This document shows positions 1-7,676 of a DNA stretch of 57,429 nucleotides, in pieces; position 1 is the stretch's first letter; every line of letters begins with the position of its first letter. Where the stretch lies: NCBI GenBank assembly GCA_026398065.1, contig JAPLTR010000271.1, positions 1 to 57,429 on the forward strand, given 5' to 3'. The DNA is from Verrucomicrobiota bacterium. GTDB lineage: Bacteria; Verrucomicrobiota; Verrucomicrobiia; Opitutales; Opitutaceae. Below the pieces are notes generated by a model that saw only the letters and a program-made list of their open reading frames with translations, made no database searches and was not told the origin of the DNA. Position numbers and translations under genes: made by a program.

Positions 1-101
1 GATGAGCCGGTGGCGCCGGGGGTGGCCGGGGCGGTCGCGGCCCGCCCGCCGGCGAGGCCGGCCAGCGCGAGGAGCAGGGAGAGCAGGCGGCGCGTGATCA
101 T
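1..101 (-). CDS. Secreted protein, 5' end only (continues beyond window start). Occupies the PilP/PilQ position after the PilMNO-like genes.
   Basis: ATG at 101-99 overlaps the TGA of the upstream ORF (ATGA coupling). The N-terminus MITRRLLSLLLALAGLAGGRAATAP looks like a signal peptide. The fragment is too short to classify. Confidence 0.35.
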   Translation of the reverse strand, partial: MITRRLLSLLLALAGLAGGRAATAPATPGATGS

Positions 102-688
102 TTCTTGCCGAGGAATTCGAGGCTCAGGTCGAGCATGATGCCGCCGCCCGCCGTGCCGCCGCCGCCGCCGGCGCCCGGCACGCCGCTGGAGTCGCGGCGG
201 CTGAAGCCGAAGGCCGTGATGCTGGCGAGGCGCGGGCCGGTTTCGATCGCGAAGAGGAAGGCCACGACCTGCTCATAGGTGCCCGCGACGCGCAGCGTGT
301 AGGGCACCCGGCGATACAGCGCACTGGTGTCGGAGGCGGGCGACGTGAGCGGATGGAGCTCCGGCAGGCGGACCTTGGTCTGCTCCTCGAACTTGTAGAA
401 ATAGAACTGGTTCTCGGCGAGGTTGCTCTCCACCACCAGGTTTTCCTCGATGCGGCGGACGGCCTCGCGGACGGCGGCGAGCTCCTCCCGCTGGGTCGAG
501 CCGCCCACGAGCAGGGCAAACATCTCGTCGCCCTCCTTGGCGCGGGCCTCGCGGATGATCTCCAGGTCCGCGTTTTGCTGGATGAAAAACCACGTCGCCC
601 CGGCGAGCGCGAGGGTCACGACGGTGCAGACCGCGCAGTAGGGAAAGCGGCGGACAAAGGCGACGAACTGCGCGAGGCGGAAGTTCAT
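98..688 (-). CDS. pilO: PilO-like type IV pilus/T2SS inner-membrane assembly protein
   Basis: 196 aa. Short basic N-terminus, one TM helix (CAVCTVVTLALAGATWFFI), a coiled-coil, then an alpha/beta C-domain. 4-nt overlap with the PilN-like gene. The Gly-rich C-terminal tail is atypical. Confidence 0.5.
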   Translation of the reverse strand: MNFRLAQFVAFVRRFPYCAVCTVVTLALAGATWFFIQQNADLEIIREARAKEGDEMFALLVGGSTQREELAAVREAVRRIEENLVVESNLAENQFYFYKFEEQTKVRLPELHPLTSPASDTSALYRRVPYTLRVAGTYEQVVAFLFAIETGPRLASITAFGFSRRDSSGVPGAGGGGGTAGGGIMLDLSLEFLGKK

Positions 689-1296
689 GGCTTCGAGTTC
701 TTGAGACGGAAGGTCATCTCGAAATTGAACGTCTCCCCGACATTGACCCCGCTGCCGCGGTCGATGTTGGTGAGGGCGATCTCGCGGAAGAGCGGGCCGA
801 TCTTGGGGTCCGCCTTCAGCTGTTTCTCATAGTTTCGCAACAGGAGGGTGGCGCGCTGCGAATTGTCGCGGACATTGCCGCGGACGAGGATCCCGGCGTC
901 GGTCCACTCGATCATCTCGATCACGACCTGGTCGGGCCGCGTGCGGCCGAGGTCGGCGACAAAGCCGGACACGAACAGCGTGGGCTTCACGAGGGCGTAG
1001 GCCTGGTCGATCTTGGCCGCCTCGATGGCGTACTCCCGCTGCATGTGCTTGATGTCGGCCACCTCGGCGCGGTTGTCGACGATGCGCTGCTCCCAGTCGC
1101 GGATCTCGGCGCGCAGGCTCGAGTTCACGGAGAAGCGCCAGCCGGCGTACAGCAGCATGGCGAGCGTGACCGCGCTGAACACCGCGTTGATGAGGAAACG
1201 CGTGCCGACGACGTTGTCCTCGGGCAGCTCGGCCACGAGGCGGACGTCCACATGCCAGTGGGGGCTCAGGCCGATGGGATCACGTTCGCGGCTCAT
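685..1296 (-). CDS. pilN: PilN-like fimbrial assembly protein
   Basis: 203 aa. Cytoplasmic N-terminus, one TM helix (FLINAVFSAVTLAMLLYAGW), and a coiled-coil (EIRDWEQRIVDNRAEVADIKHMQREY). Overlaps the PilM-like stop by 17 nt. Gene order is M-N-O. Confidence 0.5.
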   Translation of the reverse strand: MSRERDPIGLSPHWHVDVRLVAELPEDNVVGTRFLINAVFSAVTLAMLLYAGWRFSVNSSLRAEIRDWEQRIVDNRAEVADIKHMQREYAIEAAKIDQAYALVKPTLFVSGFVADLGRTRPDQVVIEMIEWTDAGILVRGNVRDNSQRATLLLRNYEKQLKADPKIGPLFREIALTNIDRGSGVNVGETFNFEMTFRLKNSKP

Positions 1297-2338
1297 TGGT
1301 GGCGAGGGGGGCGAGCTGGGCGATCAGGCTCAGCGGTTGAAACCACGACCGGGTGGGCGCCGGCGCGCCGTCGGGGAGGCTGAGGCCGACCGAGGGCAGC
1401 CAGACCGCGTAGTCGGGCACGAGAAACTCCAGGTCGACGGCGGCGCAGAGCGCCTCCTCGAGCCAGCCGAGACGCGAGGGGAGCTGGGAGCAGTAGAGCG
1501 CCCCGATGGGCTGGCCGGTCTGCATTTCAAAGTAGTCGATCGCGGGCCGGAGGTGGCGGGTGAGCATGCGCACGAGCCGGCGGCTGTGGGTGCGCAATTC
1601 GTCGGTGGGGGCGAACAGCGCGTCGCGGGCGACCCCGATGTCGGGCGCGGCGAGCTCCTTCATGGCGGCCTCCATCACCGACAGCAGCCCATGGGGCAGC
1701 GTGGCGGGCGTGTGCACGCCGTCCTTGGCGAGAAAATAGATGCGGGTCTGGCCGAGGCCGATCTCGCACACGACGACTGCGTGCGGATACGACGTCTCCC
1801 GGATGTAGCGCGTGAGGGCGCCCAGGAGCGGCAGGCTGCCGACCTCGAGCCGGCGGGGGCGGATCGCGAGTTTCCGCAGGCGCTGCTGGAGGTCGCGGAC
1901 GCCGGACAGCGGCAGTCCGAACAGCAGCCCGGGACGGGCCGGAGTGGCGGCGGTGAACTCCTCGCCCTCGATGGGATGGATCGCGGTGACGAGCCAGTCC
2001 TTGACGCTGGGGATCTTGGCCGACTCGGCCAGGAGCGCGGGCAGAAACCCCGGTTCCGCCAGGCGGCGCGAGTTGATGATCTCCCGTTGCAGCACGCGCT
2101 CGACCGGATGGAAGCCGCAGAACCCCGTGAGGTAGCCGGGACCGCGGTTGGGAAACGCCCGGGCGATCCAGTCCGTGATCGCGGCATCGTCCGCCGTCGC
2201 CGGCAGCTCGGCAAACATATCCACCTCGAGGGGCTTTTCATGGAGCCGGGCCAGCCGCGCAAGCTGCACGCCGTGGTCGTTCTGATTGAACAGAACGCCA
2301 TTGCGCTTGTCGCGGGTGAACATCGAGAGGGCCGCCAT
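1280..2338 (-). CDS. pilM: PilM-like actin-fold pilus assembly protein
   Basis: 352 aa from ATG 2338 (the track ORF starts at TTG 2389). VVVCEIGLGQTRIYFLAKDG resembles an actin/HSP70 phosphate-binding motif. The position is directly upstream of the PilN/O-like genes. Divergent sequence. Confidence 0.45.
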   Translation of the reverse strand: MAALSMFTRDKRNGVLFNQNDHGVQLARLARLHEKPLEVDMFAELPATADDAAITDWIARAFPNRGPGYLTGFCGFHPVERVLQREIINSRRLAEPGFLPALLAESAKIPSVKDWLVTAIHPIEGEEFTAATPARPGLLFGLPLSGVRDLQQRLRKLAIRPRRLEVGSLPLLGALTRYIRETSYPHAVVVCEIGLGQTRIYFLAKDGVHTPATLPHGLLSVMEAAMKELAAPDIGVARDALFAPTDELRTHSRRLVRMLTRHLRPAIDYFEMQTGQPIGALYCSQLPSRLGWLEEALCAAVDLEFLVPDYAVWLPSVGLSLPDGAPAPTRSWFQPLSLIAQLAPLATNEPRT

Positions 2339-2435
2339 GTAGGGGGTTTGATCGGGACGACTAGGGCCAAAACACCATGGGGCTGTCAACCCGGGTGAAA
2401 CCGGACCGGCGCGGGGGCGGCGGGTTCTGCCAAAG

Positions 2436-4277
2436 CTACGGCAGGGTGACTTTCTCGGCCGGATCGGTCAGCTCGCGCAACTCGGCGATCTCGTAGGGGC
2501 TGTCGACGCCGCTGATCACGGCGGTGCGCAGGGAGGTGTCGTAGTGGAGGTTGGTCGCGTGGTTGAAGTAGACGTTCGAAGCCGAGAGCGCGCCATGCAG
2601 TTGCTCGTTGTAACCGCTATTCCACATGTGGAGGTAGGCATTGGGCATGTAGATCACTCCATGGAAGTACACGTTGCTCCAAAAATAATGATACCCGGAG
2701 GAGTTATAGGAGCTGGTGCCCAGAATGATGCAGCGCTTGGGATCCGCCGTCTGATTGTCGATGCCGCCGCCACTGTCGCTCCCGATATAAAGCCGCCCGC
2801 CAAAATGGACCTCCAGCGAAGCGATGGGGTAGGTGGCGTTGCTGGTGATGTTGATTTTTCCGGTCCCTCGGATGTAGAAATCGGCGCTAGCGCTGGGCCG
2901 GACATCGATGACGACCGGTTTGTTGATGACAAGAATGTCACCCGAGTTGAGATCGATGTCCCCGCTCGTGTAGTAATAATATTTTCCGTCCGCGGCATTC
3001 ACATTGTCACTTCCACGCGGGAGCTGGAGCGTGCCGGACCCCGGCAGAGGCGACGATAGGGAAAGCGCATTGATGGTGGTGGGAGACACGCTTTGGATGT
3101 CGAACTGCGGGATGTAGGGGCTGCGGCTGAGGCGCGTCAGGTCGATTTTGGGGGAAGGCGTCGGTGAGGTCGAGACCGAGGCCGCCGTCACCATGCCCGA
3201 GGTGCTGTTGGTATAGAGCGGGACATAGGGAGCCGACGACGCGGGCGCGGCGACGTAGCCGTTGACGCGCACATTGGTGATGGCCACCGCCGTGCCGTTC
3301 GTCTTGCCACCGGCCACGACCGCGGAGGAACCGATGTTCGGGTTGGCGGCGGTGAACGGAGCGCTGGTCTGATTGTAGGAACCGAGGAAGGAATTGTAGC
3401 TGTCCACCACTCCCGCGCTGCTTAGGTTGGTATAGGAGGCCGAGGCGACCGCATTGGGGAACAGGGAGGCGGGAGCGAGCGTGGCCCGCAACTGGGTTCG
3501 GAGCGTCGTGGAATTGCTGTCCGGCAAAGTCGCCACCCCCTCGGCATAGATGACCGGCGCACTGACCCAGTAGGTGGTGTTCGGCGGCGCATGGGCAGTG
3601 TGGGCCACGAGGCACCGGTAGGCCATGCCGCCGGTGTAAACGATATTGTCCACCGCATAGGTGGTGGCGGAACTCCAGTTCCCGGCGGTGAGCGCCGTCC
3701 AGTAAGTGGTGTTGGGCGGGACCTGGCCGATGTTGCCCGTGGTGCAGCGATAAGCGGTGCCACCGGACAGCACGATATTGTTGATCTGGTAGTTCGCCGA
3801 CGGAGTCCAGGACTCCGGGGCGCTTTTCCAGTAGGTGTTGTTGTACGGGGCTTCATTGCCCGGGGGCGCGGCGATGCAGAGATACCAGACTCCCATGTAC
3901 CACACAAAATCGCCGACCGCATAGGTGAGCGACATGCTCCACGGCGTCGCTTTCTTCGTATCCAGATAGTGGTCCACCCGGATATTCACCGAGGCGGTGA
4001 TGCCGCTGTTTCCATAGCGGCTGCTGGCGATCGAAAGGGTTCGGGTGGCGGTGACCCCGGAAAGCGACCAACTGCTGAACGTGTTGGCATTGTAGGACCG
4101 CAGGGCGCGCTCCAGCCCCATCTGCGCCAACTGCCGGCTCACGGCCTGCGCGTAGGTGCGGTTGCTCAGCTTCATCGCCTGATTGCTCAACGCGAGAAAA
4201 CTAGCCAGCGCGATGCCCAGCACCGTGACACACGACAGCGCAACCAGGACGACCGAACCTCTTTGGCGACGGTGCAT
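2436..4277 (-). CDS. PilX-like minor-pilin/tip protein carrying three CBM5/12 (chitin-binding type 3)-like repeats
   Basis: 613 aa. The N-terminus RQRGSVVLVALSCVTVLGIALASFLALSNQ is a PilX_N-type hydrophobic anchor. Residues ~110-241 hold three repeats of W-x4-Y-x2-(GD/N)-x-V-x-(Y/S/T)-x-G-x2-Y-x-C followed by PPNTTYW. The C-terminus is Ser/Thr/Asn-rich and beta-rich. ATGA overlap with the upstream prepilin gene. Confidence 0.6.
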   Translation of the reverse strand: MHRRQRGSVVLVALSCVTVLGIALASFLALSNQAMKLSNRTYAQAVSRQLAQMGLERALRSYNANTFSSWSLSGVTATRTLSIASSRYGNSGITASVNIRVDHYLDTKKATPWSMSLTYAVGDFVWYMGVWYLCIAAPPGNEAPYNNTYWKSAPESWTPSANYQINNIVLSGGTAYRCTTGNIGQVPPNTTYWTALTAGNWSSATTYAVDNIVYTGGMAYRCLVAHTAHAPPNTTYWVSAPVIYAEGVATLPDSNSTTLRTQLRATLAPASLFPNAVASASYTNLSSAGVVDSYNSFLGSYNQTSAPFTAANPNIGSSAVVAGGKTNGTAVAITNVRVNGYVAAPASSAPYVPLYTNSTSGMVTAASVSTSPTPSPKIDLTRLSRSPYIPQFDIQSVSPTTINALSLSSPLPGSGTLQLPRGSDNVNAADGKYYYYTSGDIDLNSGDILVINKPVVIDVRPSASADFYIRGTGKINITSNATYPIASLEVHFGGRLYIGSDSGGGIDNQTADPKRCIILGTSSYNSSGYHYFWSNVYFHGVIYMPNAYLHMWNSGYNEQLHGALSASNVYFNHATNLHYDTSLRTAVISGVDSPYEIAELRELTDPAEKVTLP

Positions 4278-4912
4278 CAGGGGAGAACCGTCTTGTTGCG
4301 GAGCAGCAACCGGGGCGACGCGACCTGGTAAACGCTGGTCAGGGTGCCGTTACGACTCGTGCCCGCCTGCGCGCTAAGCGTCAGCGAGACCTGCTTGATC
4401 CCCAGCAGGTAGTTGACGTAGCTCGTGTAGGGGTTCCCTGAATTATCGTAATAGCTGAAAGTGCAGCTCAGCAGGCTGCTGTGCAGCGTGAGACCGGTGC
4501 TGGTGTTCACATCGATCCGGGCGAGACACTTGGGCGGCACGGAGTAACCGCCGACCGTCTCGGCCACGGCCACCGTCGCGGGCGGAACGATCGTGCCCTT
4601 GTTGTAGTAATAGATCACGTTCTTGGTGCCGCCCGTGCTCTGGGGCACCGTGAGCGTCACCTGGGAATCGGAGGGTGAGGTGACGGCCGACGCCAGCTGC
4701 ACATCCTGCGTGAAATACGCCAGCGTGCGCCGACCCTGAGCCTCAAGCGTCGGCTGGTTGGGATCCCCAAACCCGATCGTCCGCGTATAGCTGCGCGCCA
4801 CAAAGACGTAGCTCGACAGCACCGCCGTCATCACCATCAGCGAAAGACTGACCCCGATGATAAGCTCGGCGATCGTGAAACCGCCCCGCCGGCTGGAAGG
4901 ATGCCGTCTCAC
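4277..4912 (-). CDS. Prepilin-type N-terminal cleavage/methylation domain protein (PilW-like minor pilin)
   Basis: 211 aa with a GTG start. MRRHPSSRRGG|FTIAELIIGVSLSLMVM is a class III signal peptide with the G|F..E motif. GTGA overlap with the upstream gene. Confidence 0.7.
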   Translation of the reverse strand: MRRHPSSRRGGFTIAELIIGVSLSLMVMTAVLSSYVFVARSYTRTIGFGDPNQPTLEAQGRRTLAYFTQDVQLASAVTSPSDSQVTLTVPQSTGGTKNVIYYYNKGTIVPPATVAVAETVGGYSVPPKCLARIDVNTSTGLTLHSSLLSCTFSYYDNSGNPYTSYVNYLLGIKQVSLTLSAQAGTSRNGTLTSVYQVASPRLLLRNKTVLP

Positions 4913-5418
4913 GATTGCCGGTAGCTGAGATGCAGCCCGTTTTTCCCATACCAGGCCGAGTTCGCACAGGTATGGGTGGTGGTGAGACGGGCGCCGCCGC
5001 TCGTCAGGCGGCTGGAGGTGACGACCCAGGTCACGGTGAAGTTTACCTCGCGGATGTTCGTGACGGGGTCGGGATTCGTCACCGTTCGCGTGAGCGTGAA
5101 ACGCACGACAGCATTGGCCGTGTTGTTGTCGCCCAGCGCCAGCCGCGCCGCGTCAAACTGCGAATCGATCGTGAGCGTGGTGCTGGCGGTCGGCAGGGCG
5201 CTGATGGTCGACCAGGTGGCAAGGTACAGCTCCTCGATCTCGTGATTGATGATCTGCGTCGCGAGGGTCTGCCGGCGCGCGTGGTCCATGGTGGTGGACG
5301 TCACCGTCACAGCCTCGATCAGGCCGATGAAGCCCACCATCAGGATAAGCGTCGCCATCATCACTTCGATCACAGTGAAACCGGCGGAGCGGCGGAAAAT
5401 TTGAGCGAGGTTAGTCAA
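4909..5418 (-). CDS. Prepilin-type minor pilin (PilV-like)
   Basis: An in-frame TTG at 5418 gives the leader MTNLAQIFRRSAG|FTVIEVMMATLILMVGFIGL, a 13-aa leader with the G|F..E motif. The track ORF extends to 5529, but that would give an implausibly long Arg/Pro-rich leader. Confidence 0.65.
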   Translation of the reverse strand: MTNLAQIFRRSAGFTVIEVMMATLILMVGFIGLIEAVTVTSTTMDHARRQTLATQIINHEIEELYLATWSTISALPTASTTLTIDSQFDAARLALGDNNTANAVVRFTLTRTVTNPDPVTNIREVNFTVTWVVTSSRLTSGGARLTTTHTCANSAWYGKNGLHLSYRQS

Positions 5419-5686
5419 CGCGGGTGGGACAAAATCTGTTATGCACCCGGCGACACCTCCGCAAGCCCAAGGCGGGAGCGGCGGGCGCGCCCGACCGCAC
5501 CACCTCCTCAGGGAGGGTGCGGATCGCAACGGACGAAGGGGAAATCGGCGGGGGCGGGTGCATGGCGGCGATCAGCCGGTCCAATCGCGAGGGGAAGAAT
5601 TCCGCGCCATCCGATGGCGTCAAGGGGGTCATCGCCGCAATCCCTCCGTAGTGAGTGAGTGGGGGTAAGTACGCCGATCCATTCTG

Positions 5687-5816
5687 TCCCAATCCCGGGA
5701 TCGTTTTTTCCCGCATTGCACACAACCGGGCCGGCTCCGAACCGCGCAGCTAGTTCATATTATCTTTGATAAACAATGGTTTACGAACTTCTATCCGAGC
5801 TGGCACGCGCATTGCA
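5687..5816 (+). promoter_or_regulatory. Sigma54 promoter module P1: UAS palindrome, A/T tract and -24/-12 element
   Basis: TGGCACgcgcaTTGCA at 5801-5816 has exact GG-N10-GC spacing. The palindrome TCCCAatccCGGGA at 5687-5700 lies 101 nt upstream of the GG. An A/T-rich tract sits at 5752-5790. The ATG of the next ORF is 30 nt downstream. Confidence 0.8.
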
Positions 5817-5845
5817 AAGGGAGGGCTCAACTCACTCACATCACC

Positions 5846-6124
5846 ATGAAGACTTCCTTCACCGCCTTCTCGCTCATTCTCGCCGCCGGGTTTCCCGGCT
5901 CGCTCCTCGCCGAATTCGCCGGCGTTTCCCTGCCGGCGGCGCTCGAGCCCGGCACGACCTTCGGGGTCGCCGTGGCCGTCCTGACGCTCCTCACGGCGTT
6001 CTCCGACTACACCCGGCATCCCTCCGCGCTCGTCGCGGGCGCGGCCGGCGCGACGCGCGACTCCGCCCTCGCGTCCGCCACGCGGACCGACGCCGCCACG
6101 GAAGAACGCCGCCTCGCCGCGTGA
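5846..6124 (+). CDS. Small (92 aa) secreted/membrane protein, first gene behind sigma54 promoter P1
   Basis: MKTSFTAFSLILAAGFPGSLLA|EF looks like a signal peptide, and a second hydrophobic segment follows (TTFGVAVAVLTLLTAF). Third-codon positions are G/C-rich in this frame. I recognised no similar family. Confidence 0.45.
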   Translation: MKTSFTAFSLILAAGFPGSLLAEFAGVSLPAALEPGTTFGVAVAVLTLLTAFSDYTRHPSALVAGAAGATRDSALASATRTDAATEERRLAA

Positions 6125-6192
6125 ACCTGACGGCGCAACTTCCTTCCGCCCGTCATCTTGACAGTCCCGACGCGCCCCTTGTCACTTCCCGC

Positions 6193-7560
6193 ATGTCAGA
6201 CGCGCCCCCGCATCGCATTTTGATCGCCGACGACCAGGCGGACGTGCTCGAAGCCCTCCGCCTGCTCCTCAAATGCGAGGGCTACGCCACCGAAGTCGTC
6301 AAGTCCCCGGCTGCCGTCATCAAGGCCGTCGAGGCCCGCGACTACGCGCTGGTGCTGATGGACCTCAACTACGCGCGTGACACCACGAGCGGCCAGGAAG
6401 GCCTGGAGCTGTTGCAAAAGCTCGCCGCCATCGACGCGACGCTCCCGGTCGTCGTCATGACCGCGTGGGCCAGCGTCGATGTCGCCGTCGAGGCCATGCG
6501 CCGCGGCGCGCGCGACTTCGTCACCAAGCCGTGGGACAACCCGCGTCTCCTCGCGATCGTCCGCAATCAGATCGACCTCGGCCACGCCGTCCGCGCCTAC
6601 CGCCGCCTCGAGCAGGAAAACCAACTGCTCCGCACGTCCGGCAAATCCGGCCCGACGCTCATCGCGCAGTCCGCCGCGATGCGTCCGGTCCTCGACGTGA
6701 TCGCGCGCGTCGGCCCGTCCGACGCCAATGTCCTCATCACCGGCGAAAACGGCACCGGCAAGGGCCTCGTCGCCCAGGCGCTGCACGCGGTGTCCGCGCG
6801 CGCGGGAAAACCGTTCATCTCCGTCAACATGGGCGGCCTCCCCGAAGGGGTCTTTGAGAGCGAACTCGTCGGCCACGTGCGTGGCGCGTTCACCGACGCG
6901 AAATCCGACCGCGCGGGCCGCTTCGAACTCGCCGACAGCGGCACGCTCTTCCTCGACGAGATCGGCAACATCCCGCTCTCCCAGCAGGCCAAGATTCTCC
7001 GGACGATCGAGACGGGCGAATTCGAGCGCGTCGGCTCGTCGCGGACCTTCCGCGCCAACGTCCGCCTCGTCTCCGCCACCAACTCCGACCTGCAGGCCGA
7101 GGTCGCCGCGGGGAAATTCCGCCAGGACCTCCTCTTCCGCCTCAACACGATCCAGCTCCACCTGCCGCCGCTCCGCGAGCGCCGCGAGGACATCGAGCTG
7201 CTCGCGCAGCATTTCCTGAAGGCGCACGTCGACCGCTACCGGAAACCGATCACGGGCTTCGACGCCTCCGCGCTCGACGCGCTCCGCGCCTATTCCTGGC
7301 CCGGCAATGTCCGCGAGCTCGACCACTCCGTCGAACGCGGCGTGCTCATGGCGCCCGGCAAAGTCGTGCGCGCCGCCGACCTCGGCCTCAACGCCGCGCA
7401 GGCCACGCCACGGCTCGAGGAAATGAGCATCGAGGAAGTGGAGGCGTTTCTCATCAAGAAGACCCTCGCCCGCTGCGACGGCAACGCCCGCAAGGCCGCC
7501 GAGGAGCTCGGCCTGAGCCGCAGCGCGTTTTACCGGCGGCTGGAAAAGTATGGGCTCTGA
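6193..7560 (+). CDS. NtrC-family sigma54-dependent response regulator (enhancer-binding protein)
   Basis: 455 aa from ATG 6193. Receiver domain (ILIADDQADVLE...LVLMDLNY). AAA+ sigma54-interaction domain with GENGTGKG Walker A, a GAFTDA loop and LFLDEIG Walker B. C-terminal Fis-type HTH (ARKAAEELGLSRSAFYRRLEKYGL). The upstream part of the track ORF (5776-6192) is an Arg-rich read-through and is not counted. Confidence 0.9.
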   Translation: MSDAPPHRILIADDQADVLEALRLLLKCEGYATEVVKSPAAVIKAVEARDYALVLMDLNYARDTTSGQEGLELLQKLAAIDATLPVVVMTAWASVDVAVEAMRRGARDFVTKPWDNPRLLAIVRNQIDLGHAVRAYRRLEQENQLLRTSGKSGPTLIAQSAAMRPVLDVIARVGPSDANVLITGENGTGKGLVAQALHAVSARAGKPFISVNMGGLPEGVFESELVGHVRGAFTDAKSDRAGRFELADSGTLFLDEIGNIPLSQQAKILRTIETGEFERVGSSRTFRANVRLVSATNSDLQAEVAAGKFRQDLLFRLNTIQLHLPPLRERREDIELLAQHFLKAHVDRYRKPITGFDASALDALRAYSWPGNVRELDHSVERGVLMAPGKVVRAADLGLNAAQATPRLEEMSIEEVEAFLIKKTLARCDGNARKAAEELGLSRSAFYRRLEKYGL

Positions 7561-7676
7561 GCGGCGGTGAGCTTTAGGCTGTAGGCCACCCGCCATTCCC
7601 GCTAGCGATCCGGCGCATGAAAAACTATCGCGCACTCCCTGTGGGAAAAACCTGATGGGCTGCAGACCGCCGTCTC

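Noticed and set aside
5411-5725. A 104-aa minus-strand ORF upstream of the PilV-like gene, considered as a possible major pilin.
   Set aside because: It has no G|F..E prepilin motif or hydrophobic N-terminal helix. Its composition is not coding-like, and it overlaps the P1 enhancer region.
5930-6010. The A-L-E-P-G plus hydrophobic helix in the small ORF, considered as a PEP-CTERM sorting signal.
   Set aside because: The motif is imperfect (LEP rather than PEP). It is not C-terminal, with ~35 residues following it, and it lacks the Arg cluster. It is mentioned only as a faint resemblance.
5776-6192. An in-frame upstream extension of the response-regulator ORF. Similar extensions occur at 17955-19346, 22328-22489, 27318-27680, 36025-36357 and 56149-56577.
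   Set aside because: The extensions are Arg/Pro-rich and overlap promoter or repeat DNA or the preceding gene. The conserved family N-termini begin at the internal ATG/GTG codons used in the feature table.
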